From Acidobacteriota bacterium (GTDB lineage Bacteria > Acidobacteriota > Blastocatellia > HR10), in NCBI GenBank assembly GCA_030550025.1, contig JAUQQC010000002.1, positions 326,058 to 390,057 on the forward strand: a stretch of 64,000 bases of DNA, in the 5' to 3' direction. The position numbers and the translations under genes are program-made. The first letter of the stretch is position 1, and each line of letters begins with the position of its first letter. Positions 54,492-64,000 of this stretch are shown in pieces. The notes beneath the pieces are model-generated. The model was not told the DNA's origin. It did not search any database and saw only the letters and a program-made list of their open reading frames with translations.

Positions 54492-54507
54492 GCCCAAACT
54501 AAGGAGG
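54492..54507 (+). repeat. Left copy of a 16-bp imperfect inverted repeat flanking the TonB receptor
   Basis: GCCCAAACTAAGGAGG; 14/16 identical to the reverse complement of 58495-58510. Confidence 0.55.
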
Positions 54508-54581
54508 TATCGTGGTGGTACGTGGTCGCTTACTGAGATTCCTCTGAGGTGGGAAAGGTTGCCTCCGACAAAGTTACACTA

Positions 54582-54613
54582 GAAGGCGAGGGGTCGCCAA
54601 ACCCCTCGCCTTC
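54582..54613 (-). terminator. Hairpin after the TonB receptor stop
   Basis: Perfect 13-bp stem GAAGGCGAGGGGT / ACCCCTCGCCTTC. Confidence 0.65.
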
Positions 54614-54633
54614 GAAGGATGAGAGAGGCGGCC

Positions 54634-57600
54634 TCAGAATTCGAACCGGAAGCCGAACTGAATCGCGCGCGGCCCTCCGAATTGCGACGTGATTACGCCG
54701 AAGGCCGCGGGATTCAAAAGGCTCAAGCCGGGATCGTTGAACTCCACATGATTGAAGGCGTTGATCAGGTCGAAGGAGAAGACCACTCGCGCGCTCTCGG
54801 TGATCGCCGTCTTCTTCCCAATCGAGAGGTCCACATTCCACCGAGGCAAACCGCGCAGTACGCCGCGTCCGTGGCGTCCGTCCTGACTGATCAGGACGTG
54901 ACGGAAACTTCGGAAGACCTCCTCCGGATTGGCGAAGAGGTTGAGCCCTGAGCCTCTGCGCGCCGGATCGCCGGTGACGCCCACGCCTCCAGAGCCCACG
55001 ACCCCACGCTGCACGGAGTTTCCGAAATTCGGTTTCCGGATCGGGATCGCTCCCGCCGTGATCGCGAAGTTCAGCGGGTCTCCGCCGAAAACTTGCGCGT
55101 GTTGCCCCACGGTCAAAGGCAAGCCACTGTTCGCCGTGAAGATGCCCGAGAGGTACCATCCGCCGATGAACTTGTCCGCTGCTCCAGCAGCGCTCCATCG
55201 CCGCCCACGCCCAAAGGGCAGGTCATAGGTCCAAAACGCATTGAGTGTGTGCCGACGATCGAAGAGCGCCGGACCATAGTCCAAATTGAGATCGAACCCG
55301 TTCGAGTTGACGCCGATGTACTCTTGATTCAACCCGTACTGATCGAGCGCTTGGGAGAGCGTGTAGTTCACCGAGAAGGCGAGCCCGTGAGAGAAGCGCT
55401 TGGTCACGCTGATGAAGCCCGCGTGGTAATTGGAGCGGCCGCCGCTGATGCGCACCCACAAGTCCAACACCTGCATGTTCGTGATGGGACCGGCCGGACG
55501 TTGGAGATTGATGAGGTTGAACAAGGCGTTCAGCTGTCCCTGTTGAAAGGCCGTGGCCCGTGCAGCCGCAAGCGCTGCCGTGCACGTACCCGGAGTGGGG
55601 CATAAGGCGCTCCCCCTCAGTTGGTTCTCGAACCAAGGTTGCGGGGTCACAGCGCTCGGCGCAGTTCCAGCCCGCAACTGCTGGGCCACAGCGTCGAACG
55701 CTTGAGCGAACGTCTGTCCCGAGGCCGGATCCTTCATGAAGTACGGGACGGAGCTGAGTTGCACGCTCTGGGGGAGATTACGGCCAAGGCGTCCCACGTA
55801 CCCGATCTCCAAGATCATGTTGCCCGGTAGCTCGCGCTGCATCGTGAGATCCAAGCTGTGCGATTTGCCGATCGTATACTTCGGGTCGATCGAGAAGGAG
55901 AGCGTCTCCTCGAAAGGCGTTCGCGGGACCACAGGAGAAGACGCCGGTCCGACCGCGGGCAGAGGCACGGTCGCTCCATCCACTCCCACTCGGAAGGCGT
56001 TGGTGAGATCGTTGCTCCCGGGGCACGTCCCATCTCTTCGCGGGCCGATACAGGTGATCGTTTGGGCGAATCCGACTCCCAGGATGGGGATCATGATGAT
56101 GCCCACCCCATTGACACGATCGAAGGTCAAGGAATATCCGCCACGCCAGACAGTCTTGCGATCTCCGAAGAGCTTCCCCCAAAATCCCCCTGAGAATGAA
56201 GGGTTCCACGCAACGGCCACTCGCGGCCCTACATTGTTCCAGTCGATGTCATAGATGTACTTGCGATTGGATTTCGCGATCGGCAGATAAGCGAGCACCG
56301 GATCATACACCTGGCCTTGAAGAGCTGCCGTTCGTCGGCGGCCGAAGTAGAGTTCGGCCGAGAGCACTTCGCCCGTGTCGCGGTCGATGATGAGCGTCTG
56401 CTTATCGTTCTTATCGCGCGGCGGAGTTTGCACATTGTAGGTCACACCCATCGAGAGAGTGAGCGAAGGCGTCACGCGCCACGTGTCATTGGCGTAAAAC
56501 TCAACGGCGTGGAAGGTCGAATCAATGAAGAGCGGAGTTCCGATGGGGAGAGGATTCAGGTTCCCATCTCGTGCGATCAGTACGCCCGCCTTATCCACGA
56601 CGCCTAAAGCGCCCGCGAGCAGGTCATTCCACCGCCCGACGTCAGCCGAGCGCAAGCAGTTCGTCGTGATGTTTCCCCCGCAAGTCGGTGGGCGATTGGC
56701 AGCGGGGACCGTCACGGCCGTTCGCGCGTTCAATTCGTAGACGAGCGAAGCGAGCGAGCCAACGACCTTATCGTCCCGTTGATGAAAGACCGGCATGCGC
56801 CGCCACATCCCGCCGAATTGAAGGGTATGCGCGCCCTTGGTCCACGTCATGTTATCGCCAAACTGCCATACGTGGTCCTTCCAGACACGGCTTCGAGCCC
56901 GCTGCGTGTCCACATCAAGGCCTTGATCCAAATCACCAAGAGCGATCATCAGCGCGCCGCTCGTTCCGGGGACCTGAGGGAAAGGCGCCACGCGCTTATA
57001 GGCCCACCAGTTGCGCGCGAAGCCGAAGATGAACTCGTTCACCAATGTCGGAGTGATCTGTCCCGTGAGTCGAGCGCTGACGAATCGGGGCTCCACGGGT
57101 GTCGAAGCCGTCGGAATCGCCTGTCCGCGCGGATTCCCCTTGACGATTCCCGCGATGTCCAGTTGCGTGACGTCCAGGACTTCTTGCGAGCTATAACGGT
57201 ACGTCCCGTAGAATCGCCAATTGGGGCTGAAGTAGTGATCCAGCCGGACGACCGCGAAGTCCATCGTCAGGGGCGCTCGAGCGGCCGCCCGAAATCCCAT
57301 AGTGTTCAAGCCATCCCCCACTGTCGGATCGTTCCCCTCCGGCAGACGGTTCCATAGCTCGCGCACCACAGGACTCATCCCCAAGCCGCGGGGATCGAAA
57401 TCCTTCACGTTGTAGCTCACCACATTTCCCGCGGCGTCGCGGAATCGCAAGATGCCCTGCCGCAGCGTCGCCGTCGGGACCATGCGCAAGACGCTCACGG
57501 ATTGGGGCAACCGCCGCCCTTCATAGTGGCCGAAGATGAACGTCCGGTCCTTCACAATAGGACCACCGGCTGAGAATCCGAACCGATTGTCCTTCAATTC

Positions 57601-58488
57601 CGGCTCCTTAATGCCTACGCGATTGAACTCCCACCGGTTCGCGTTGAGCTGATCGTTCTGGTGGTACCAATAGGCCGATCCGTGCAGTTCGTTGGTGCCG
57701 CGCTTCGTGACCAGACTCACTTGACCGCCCGCCGAACGTCCGAAGGTGGCGTTGGGATTCGTCGTTCCCACGCGGAACTCTTCGATGCTCTCGGCTGGGA
57801 CGGGGATCATCGGCGTCGGCCCGACCCAATCGATGGCCCCTGATGTATAGTTGCTCGTTCCGGCGACGAGGTCCGTCGCATCCGCACCGTCCAGATTGAA
57901 CGTGCTCTGATCGCTTCGAGCTCCAGCGACTTGGCCGCCGGAGTTCACGCCAACCCCACGATGAGGTTGCACCAGCGGTTGAAGCGTGAAGAGCGCAATC
58001 GAGCTGCGATTAATTGTCGGCAGGCGCAGGAGCTGTTCCCCACCAATGGTTGTCCCGACGGTAGCATCCAACGTTTGCAGCTCAACGCCCGCTCCCGCTG
58101 TGACCTCGACGACTTCCGCGATCTGGCCGATTTCCAAAGTCAAGTTCACCTGATAAGACTTCGCCACGTCCACTTTGAGGGAAGGGATGACCGCTTGGCG
58201 GAAGCCCGGCATGCTGGCCGTGATCTTGTATACTCCCGGCAAGACCGCCGTGAAGACATAGTGTCCAGCTTCATTAGTCGTCTGCTTGCGCACTCGATTG
58301 GTGGCCAAATCCACCAACTCGATTGACGCTCCGGCAAGGACGGCCCCGGTGGGATCGGTCACGACTCCGGTGATGGTCGCCGTCGCCGCCGTCTGCCCAA
58401 GACTCGATACGGGGAGATTAGTGATAAGCAGCCCCACACCTAAAAGCAAGCTTATACCACACCGCATTAGGTTGCGCTTTCCTTGCAT
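54634..58488 (-). CDS. TonB-dependent receptor, Oar/acidobacterial type
   Basis: Signal peptide, carboxypeptidase-regulatory N-domain, plug (VPAESIEEFRV, TKRGTNELHG), C-terminal PRAIQFGFRFEF. Confidence 0.95.
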   Translation of the reverse strand: MQGKRNLMRCGISLLLGVGLLITNLPVSSLGQTAATATITGVVTDPTGAVLAGASIELVDLATNRVRKQTTNEAGHYVFTAVLPGVYKITASMPGFRQAVIPSLKVDVAKSYQVNLTLEIGQIAEVVEVTAGAGVELQTLDATVGTTIGGEQLLRLPTINRSSIALFTLQPLVQPHRGVGVNSGGQVAGARSDQSTFNLDGADATDLVAGTSNYTSGAIDWVGPTPMIPVPAESIEEFRVGTTNPNATFGRSAGGQVSLVTKRGTNELHGSAYWYHQNDQLNANRWEFNRVGIKEPELKDNRFGFSAGGPIVKDRTFIFGHYEGRRLPQSVSVLRMVPTATLRQGILRFRDAAGNVVSYNVKDFDPRGLGMSPVVRELWNRLPEGNDPTVGDGLNTMGFRAAARAPLTMDFAVVRLDHYFSPNWRFYGTYRYSSQEVLDVTQLDIAGIVKGNPRGQAIPTASTPVEPRFVSARLTGQITPTLVNEFIFGFARNWWAYKRVAPFPQVPGTSGALMIALGDLDQGLDVDTQRARSRVWKDHVWQFGDNMTWTKGAHTLQFGGMWRRMPVFHQRDDKVVGSLASLVYELNARTAVTVPAANRPPTCGGNITTNCLRSADVGRWNDLLAGALGVVDKAGVLIARDGNLNPLPIGTPLFIDSTFHAVEFYANDTWRVTPSLTLSMGVTYNVQTPPRDKNDKQTLIIDRDTGEVLSAELYFGRRRTAALQGQVYDPVLAYLPIAKSNRKYIYDIDWNNVGPRVAVAWNPSFSGGFWGKLFGDRKTVWRGGYSLTFDRVNGVGIIMIPILGVGFAQTITCIGPRRDGTCPGSNDLTNAFRVGVDGATVPLPAVGPASSPVVPRTPFEETLSFSIDPKYTIGKSHSLDLTMQRELPGNMILEIGYVGRLGRNLPQSVQLSSVPYFMKDPASGQTFAQAFDAVAQQLRAGTAPSAVTPQPWFENQLRGSALCPTPGTCTAALAAARATAFQQGQLNALFNLINLQRPAGPITNMQVLDLWVRISGGRSNYHAGFISVTKRFSHGLAFSVNYTLSQALDQYGLNQEYIGVNSNGFDLNLDYGPALFDRRHTLNAFWTYDLPFGRGRRWSAAGAADKFIGGWYLSGIFTANSGLPLTVGQHAQVFGGDPLNFAITAGAIPIRKPNFGNSVQRGVVGSGGVGVTGDPARRGSGLNLFANPEEVFRSFRHVLISQDGRHGRGVLRGLPRWNVDLSIGKKTAITESARVVFSFDLINAFNHVEFNDPGLSLLNPAAFGVITSQFGGPRAIQFGFRFEF

Positions 58489-58494
58489 AGCCTC

Positions 58495-58510
58495 CCTCCT
58501 AAGTTTGAGC
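58495..58510 (-). repeat. Right copy of the inverted repeat, overlapping the receptor RBS
   Basis: Minus strand GCTCAAACTTAGGAGG, 6 nt before the ATG. Confidence 0.55.
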
Positions 58511-58523
58511 TTAATCGGCCGCT

Positions 58524-58552
58524 ATTATAAGGCAAGCCTCATTCCAAAGCAA
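58524..58552 (-). promoter_or_regulatory. Sigma70 promoter for the TonB receptor
   Basis: TTGCTT-N17-TATAAT. Confidence 0.7.
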
Positions 58553-58677
58553 GTGGGTATGTGGTGGGGCTGAGAATGTTCGATCGTTACAAAAAAATTG
58601 CATAAAATCTGTATAAAAATGTTGATGGCAAACCGACCGACCTGTGCTTGGTCCCTATCTCCTCTAGACTGATGGGC

Positions 58678-60414
58678 TTACTCTTCCCGTTGTCGCGCGA
58701 TCTCGCCCAGGCTCGCAATGCGTCCGGTGTCTTCGCCGATCATGTAGGCAGGTTCACGATCGCGGCGAGCGGCGCGCGCTGAGAGCGCGATGCGTCGGCC
58801 TTCGGGATCCAGACGCAGGATGCGGAAATCCAATTCTTCGCCGATCCGGACGGCGTCCTCGGGCTTCTCAATGTGCTCCTCGGAGAGCTCGGAGATGTGA
58901 CAGAGGCCTTCGACGCCACCGACGTCCACGAAGGCGCCGAAGTCGGCAAGGCGCACGACCTTCCCGCGGACGATCTCGCCTACGCGGTGCGTGTTGAAGA
59001 ACTCCTCCCATGGATCGGGCTCCAACTCTTTCATCGAAAGCCCCAGACGCCGCGCGTTCACATCCAGTTCCTTGACAATGGCTTCGACCTCTTGGCCCTT
59101 CTTCAAGACCTCTGAGGGATGCTTCACGCGCCGCCGCGAGATATCGGAGACGTGGACCAGGCCTTCGATCCCCTTCTCGACCTCGACGAAGGCACCGAAG
59201 TCCGTGATCCCGCGCACGCGGCCGCGCACGCGCGTGCCGATGGAATGAGTCTCAGCGAAGAGCCGCCACGGATCCGGCTGCAGTTGTCGCAGGCTCAAGC
59301 TGAGCCGGCGATTCTGCGCGTCCACCTGTAGGACTTCTACCACCACCTCATCTCCGACGGCCACATACTTCGATGGATGTTTCGGACGCTTCTCCCAGGT
59401 CAGCTCGGAAGCGTGGATTAATCCCTCGATGCCATCCTCGACTTCCACGAAGGCCCCATAGTCGGTGACGCGCGTGATTTTCCCTTTGATGCGGGAACCT
59501 GGCGGCAAGCGTTCCGGGAGCGTATCCCAGGGATTGGGCCAAAGCTGCTTGTAACCGAGGTTGATGCGACCCGTCTCCCGGTCAATTTTGAGGATCTTCA
59601 CCTGAATGATCTCGCCAACTTTGAAGACCTCCTTCGGATGGGCGATCTTCTTCCACGAGATGTCGGTGATATGAAGGAGGCCATCAATTCCTCCGATGTC
59701 CACGAAGGCGCCGTAGTCGGCCAAGCTCTTGATGCGTCCTTCGACGACGTATCCCTCGTCCAGTTGACTGAGGATCTCCGCGCGGCGCCGCGCTTCTTCC
59801 TCTTCAAGGAGGGCGCGGCGGGAGAGGACGATGTTGTTCTGTCGCCGATTGACCTTAATGACCTTGGCTTCGATTTCCCGACCCTTCCAAGCCTCCAGAT
59901 TGCGGACCTGTCGCAAGTCCACCTGGCTCGCGGGCAGGAAGGCGTCCACGCCTCCTAGGTTGACTTTCAGTCCCCCTTTGATGCGTTCGGTGATGCGTCC
60001 TTTGATCGGCGCGCCCGTCTTGACGGCGCGAGTGATGGTTTCCCACACGAGCTTGCGTTGCGCTTCGGCGTAGGAGAGCTTCACATAGCCATCCGGGCTT
60101 TCGAGCTGCTTCACGATGACGGGGATCTCATCGCCGATGGTGATCTCCTTCAGACTGAGCCGCAACTCTTCGGTGGGGATGGCCCCTTCCGTCTTATAGC
60201 CGATGTCCACGAGCGTCACGTCTTCGCCGATCGTGAGCACTTTACCCGTAAGTCTTTGGCCGACCGTCAGAGTTGTCGTCGTTTGTTCTTCGAGAGACCC
60301 AAGCAGTTCTCCAAAACTCTCACCCGGCACGGTGGGCTCGGGGTCACTCGGTGCCGGAGGCACGCCCAATGAATGGGCCTCGGTCACCGGTTGATCCATA
60401 TTGTTCACATCCAT
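58678..60414 (-). CDS. rpsA: 30S ribosomal protein S1
   Basis: Six S1 repeats (DYGAFV..GLLHI, DFGAFV..GLVHVS). Confidence 0.97.
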   Translation of the reverse strand: MDVNNMDQPVTEAHSLGVPPAPSDPEPTVPGESFGELLGSLEEQTTTTLTVGQRLTGKVLTIGEDVTLVDIGYKTEGAIPTEELRLSLKEITIGDEIPVIVKQLESPDGYVKLSYAEAQRKLVWETITRAVKTGAPIKGRITERIKGGLKVNLGGVDAFLPASQVDLRQVRNLEAWKGREIEAKVIKVNRRQNNIVLSRRALLEEEEARRRAEILSQLDEGYVVEGRIKSLADYGAFVDIGGIDGLLHITDISWKKIAHPKEVFKVGEIIQVKILKIDRETGRINLGYKQLWPNPWDTLPERLPPGSRIKGKITRVTDYGAFVEVEDGIEGLIHASELTWEKRPKHPSKYVAVGDEVVVEVLQVDAQNRRLSLSLRQLQPDPWRLFAETHSIGTRVRGRVRGITDFGAFVEVEKGIEGLVHVSDISRRRVKHPSEVLKKGQEVEAIVKELDVNARRLGLSMKELEPDPWEEFFNTHRVGEIVRGKVVRLADFGAFVDVGGVEGLCHISELSEEHIEKPEDAVRIGEELDFRILRLDPEGRRIALSARAARRDREPAYMIGEDTGRIASLGEIARQREE

Positions 60415-60465
60415 CGCGATCGCCTCTTACTCCTGGTGTCAGGATGGCCAATGATGCGAGTGCAA

Positions 60466-60495
60466 AATCTACTATTTCGGTTTCGGCTTTGTCAA
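60466..60495 (-). promoter_or_regulatory. Sigma70 promoter for rpsA
   Basis: TTGACA-N18-TAGATT. Confidence 0.65.
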
Positions 60496-60535
60496 GCGAC
60501 GTGGGCGGGCGTGCGGGTTGGCGTCTCGAAATCGC

Positions 60536-61165
60536 TCAGGATGAAGCTTCCGCGCGGGTTGCGATTTCGCGCGCGACCTCTTCCCATCGGGCGATGCGGG
60601 CTCCCGCCTCAGCCATCTCTTGTAGCGCGCGTTCGGAATCGCCCGGTACAAGGTCCACGCCGCGGATCGCATCCTCGAGGACAGTCACCTGAAATCCCTC
60701 GCGTCGCGCATCCAAGACCGTGTGGCGCACACAATAATCGGTGGCGACGCCACCGACGTAGAGGTGCTCGATCCCACGCGCTTTCAACTCCTCGGCGAAG
60801 GCGCGTCCATCGGCCGTCTGGCCTTGGAAGCCCGAATAACTGTCTTCGTTCGGATCCATCCCCTTCGAGATGATGATCGTCTCCGGTGGGAGGTTCAAAT
60901 CGGGATGGAATTCAGCGCCGCGCGTGCCTTGCACGCAGTGCGGTGGCCACACGCCCCCGTAGGCCTGGAAATGTCGAGTCTGCTCGGGATGCCAATCGCG
61001 CGTCGCATAGATCGGCAGACCCGCTCGATGAAAGAGATCAATATACTGGTTGAGGGCCGGAATGATCCGATCTCCTTCCGGCACGGCGAGCGATCCGCCC
61101 GGCAGGAAATCATTCTGCACATCCACGAGCACGAGTGCCTTTCGAGCCGACATACTGGTCATCAC
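60536..61165 (-). CDS. pncA: Nicotinamidase/pyrazinamidase
   Basis: VDVQNDF, DWHP, WPPHC, YSGF, GVATDYCV. Confidence 0.95.
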   Translation of the reverse strand: MMTSMSARKALVLVDVQNDFLPGGSLAVPEGDRIIPALNQYIDLFHRAGLPIYATRDWHPEQTRHFQAYGGVWPPHCVQGTRGAEFHPDLNLPPETIIISKGMDPNEDSYSGFQGQTADGRAFAEELKARGIEHLYVGGVATDYCVRHTVLDARREGFQVTVLEDAIRGVDLVPGDSERALQEMAEAGARIARWEEVAREIATRAEASS

Positions 61166-61242
61166 CTCCTTTCCGACCTCGCTGGTGCCATCTTGGATTT
61201 TAAAGCCAAAGCCGAGGATCGTCCATGCGGCGGCTCAACTCC

Positions 61243-62511
61243 TCACGCCGAGGGGGACGACTCCGGCGCGCGTTCGCCGTCGGACTGGCCGAAGCGCGCG
61301 CGAATGTAGTCCTCCAGGATGCGGAGGAAATCGGCCACAAGCGTCGGTCCGCGCAACGTCGCGACCAGTTGGCCATCGGCGAAGACCGGCGCTTTCGGCT
61401 CTTCGCCCGTGCCCGGGAGTGAGATCCCGATGTCCGCCTGTTTGGATTCGCCCGGACCGTTGACGACGCAACCCATGACGGCGATGCGCAGATTCTCGAT
61501 CCCCGGATAGCAACGACGCCACTCGGGCATCCGGCGATGGAGGTAGGTTTGGACCTCAGCCGCCATCTCTTGAAAGAAGGTGCTCGTCGTGCGCCCACAT
61601 CCGGGGCAGGCCGAGACCTGCGGCGCGAAAGCGCGCAGGCCGAGCGTTTGCAAAATCTGCTGCGCGATGAAGACCTCCTCGCGCCGATCGCCGCCTGGGG
61701 CCGGCGTCACGCTCACGCGAATCGTGTCGCCGATCCCCTCGTAGAGGAGGATGCCAAGCGCCGTCGCCGAGGCGACGACGCCTTTGAGGCCCATACCGGC
61801 TTCGGTCAGGCCGATGTGCAAGGGATAGTCGCAGCGGGCGGCGAGCTGGCGGTTCACCTCGATCACGTCGAGGACCTCGGACGTCTTGACGCTCAGGATG
61901 ATGCGATCGTGCGGCATCCCATAGGCTTCGGCGCGGGCCGCCGAGTCAAGGGCGCTTCGGATCATCGCCTCGCGCATGACGGCGCGCGCGTCTTGCGGCT
62001 CAGGACGCCGGGCGTTCTCCTCCATCAATCGCGTCAGGAGCGCTTGATCGAGCGAGCCCCAATTCACGCCGATACGAATCGGCTTCTCATATTCCAAGGC
62101 AATCTCGATCATGCGGCGGAAATTCTCGTCTTGATGACGGCCGACGCCCACGTTCCCCGGATTAATGCGGTACTTGTCCAGCGCGCGCGCGCATTCGCGA
62201 TAGCGCGAGAGCAAGAGGTGGCCGTTGTAGTGGAAGTCCCCGATGATGGGGACGAAAACGCCGCGCTCGCGCACTCGCGCGACGATCTCCGGAACGGCGC
62301 GCGCGGCCGCTTCCGTGTTCACGGTGATGCGCACCAGTTCCGATCCCGCTTCCGCGAGAGCGACGATCTGCTCGACCGTCGCTGTCACATCGGCCGTCTC
62401 CGTGTTCGTCATCGACTGCACGGCGATTGGGTGATCGCCGCCGATCAGCACTTGGCCGACCCGAACGACGATCGAGCGCCGTCGCATTCGCGGGCCACCG
62501 AATCCCCTCAT
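61243..62511 (-). CDS. ispG: HMBPP synthase IspG
   Basis: [40 protein letters not shown]. Confidence 0.97.
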   Translation of the reverse strand: MRGFGGPRMRRRSIVVRVGQVLIGGDHPIAVQSMTNTETADVTATVEQIVALAEAGSELVRITVNTEAAARAVPEIVARVRERGVFVPIIGDFHYNGHLLLSRYRECARALDKYRINPGNVGVGRHQDENFRRMIEIALEYEKPIRIGVNWGSLDQALLTRLMEENARRPEPQDARAVMREAMIRSALDSAARAEAYGMPHDRIILSVKTSEVLDVIEVNRQLAARCDYPLHIGLTEAGMGLKGVVASATALGILLYEGIGDTIRVSVTPAPGGDRREEVFIAQQILQTLGLRAFAPQVSACPGCGRTTSTFFQEMAAEVQTYLHRRMPEWRRCYPGIENLRIAVMGCVVNGPGESKQADIGISLPGTGEEPKAPVFADGQLVATLRGPTLVADFLRILEDYIRARFGQSDGERAPESSPSA

Positions 62512-62639
62512 AGTGCATGCTCATTCTACCGGAACGCGCTCCCGAAGGGAAGCGCGCGCTCAGCAAGGAGGTGTCGGCTCTGCGTGGCTGAATGGGAGCT
62601 GGACGAGGGATGGGGAGGAGTAGCGGGAAACAAGTAGGG

Positions 62640-63200
62640 AGGCGCTAGGGTAGCGCGTTGAGAGTGTGGCGCGAAGAAGCTGGCCCAAGGGGGACGAACG
62701 CCGACCAGGCCGGAGCTGGCCAGAGCGGTTGGGCATTGATGGGAAGAGAGCGTTGGGGTTCAGGGGATGGAGAGGCTAGTGGGGTATGCCCAGGCGGATC
62801 TCTTCTCGAATGTGGGACAGGAAGAACGAGCTAGTGTCCGGGTGGCCTTGCAGAGTGTGCGACCGATGTTGCAGACATGGGCGCAGCGGCAACTGGATCG
62901 GTTGGATCAGCAGTATCCAGAGGTGCGGTGTTCCGGATGCCGATGTCGGATGGAGCCGCTATACGGCCAAGGCATGGGCTCAAAGAGCGGCAACCGCACC
63001 CGCCTCTTGGAAAAGACGTATGTGTCGTGATTGGGAGAATGGTGGCCGTTTACCCTGTTCGTTTGGACTCAGCTGTTAAAGCTGGGCCTTGACTGAGCTG
63101 AGCGGCTGGTGGTGCCCGAGTGTGGATCGAAGTGGATCCGCTCGGTGTGCGCCTGGCTGAGGCTGCTGGTGTTGGTGTGTATCCTGTCAAGAAGCGGATA
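62640..63200 (+). mobile_element. Possible degraded IS transposase remnant (ISKra4/UPF0236-like)
   Basis: Fragmented frames with RCSGC..M, KRRMCRD and YPV.LD pieces resembling the ISKra4 N-terminal Zn ribbons; composition shifts from flanking DNA. Boundaries approximate. Confidence 0.35.
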
Positions 63201-63209
63201 TGGGAGGTG

Positions 63210-63977
63210 GCCGCCGCTGATTTGGAGCCGGAAGCGTCGGGAGTGTATTATCGTTTGGGACTGGTGCTGGTGGAAATGGGCGATTCGGCTGGGCGATTGA
63301 CGAGTTCAAGCACACAGTGGAGCGCGACTCGCGCCATGCTGACGCTTACTTCCTGATGGCGGAGGAATATTTCACACTCGATGTCGTCGCTGCCTACGAG
63401 AAAGCAATTGTACTCTCCTCGGAGGATCGGGCCTATTCGCGGCGGCTGGCCAACGCCTGCTTCAGAATCTCCCGCGCCGAGGAGGTTTACCAAAAGGCGC
63501 TTCAGTGGGTCGATTCCAAGCGGGGAGAGCTGCATAATCGGCTATGCGCAGCGGGCGCAGGGCAAATTTAAAGAAGCAGTCACAAACTTTGAAAAGGAAC
63601 TCACCCTTCATCCCGATCACGTCGAATCGCTGGCCAGCCTGGGATATGCTCATCTGCAACTGGGGAATCTGGAAGAAGCGGAGCGGTATTCAAGGCGCGC
63701 CCTTGAACTCAGGCCAAATCACGTCGAGGCGCACTTGAATCTCAGGCAGGTCTATATGCGACAAAGGAAGTACGCCGAAGCGCAAGCGGCATTGCAACGG
63801 GCGATTGACCTGAAGCCAGATTATACTCAAGCGCATTATCAACTGTTTTTGGCCTACACGCGGAGCGGACAAAAGGGGCTGGCCGAGAAGGAGCCGGAGC
63901 TGTTCAAGGCGCTGGAGGAAGAGGACAAACGCGAACAGGCGCTGCGCCAACGGCGACGGCAAGCAAGGGAACCATGA
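63210..63977 (+). pseudogene. Frameshifted TPR-repeat gene
   Basis: TPR-like segments in successive frames: EPEASGVYYRLGLVL, AYEKAI..RLANA, then IGYAQRAQG...AHYQLFLAY; frame breaks near 63300 and 63537. Confidence 0.7.
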
Positions 63978-64000
63978 ACGATAAAAGATTGGGGACACGG

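Noticed and set aside
62590-62660. G-quadruplex-like G-run cluster
   Set aside because: Irregular loops in degraded DNA and no supporting context.

Overview
GC-rich, gene-dense bacterial chromosome segment. Gene content (Oar-type TonB-dependent receptor, futalosine pathway, bacillithiol genes, diderm-type DnaK, many TPR/PEGA proteins) suggests an Acidobacteriota (Blastocatellia-like, possibly thermophilic) genome; this is inference. From left to right: a protein-quality-control cluster (dnaK partial, acidic unknown ORF, cbpA-type dnaJ, clpB, degP, unknown, ftsH, MEMO/LigB-AMMECR1 fusion, eRF1-like baeRF protein, bshB1, cutA); mixed housekeeping genes (IHF/HU, HIT, yacG, nth, bshA, mqnE-ubiA-ubiX, aroB/aroA/aroK, rsbW/rsbV pair, amgK-yyaL-GT4, hutI); an FG-GAP repeat protein; a Lol-like envelope cassette; a second degP; a Tat-exported PaoABC-like molybdoenzyme with four uncharacterised partner genes; thiE; a class III aminotransferase; a lone TonB-dependent receptor; rpsA, pncA, ispG; and a decayed IS/TPR region at the right end. 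No rRNA, tRNA or CRISPR array was seen. Best leads: (1) the molybdoenzyme whose FAD subunit has lost the [4Fe-4S] cysteines and is translationally coupled to a 76-aa five-Cys protein; (2) a 16-bp imperfect inverted repeat linking the RBS of the TonB receptor to its own 3' flank; (3) a LolB-like/LolCD-like/LolA cassette; (4) an acidic protein in the usual grpE slot and an eRF1-like factor lacking GGQ in the chaperone cluster; (5) all six TTGACA promoters found have 18-bp spacers. All calls were made by eye, without database searches.
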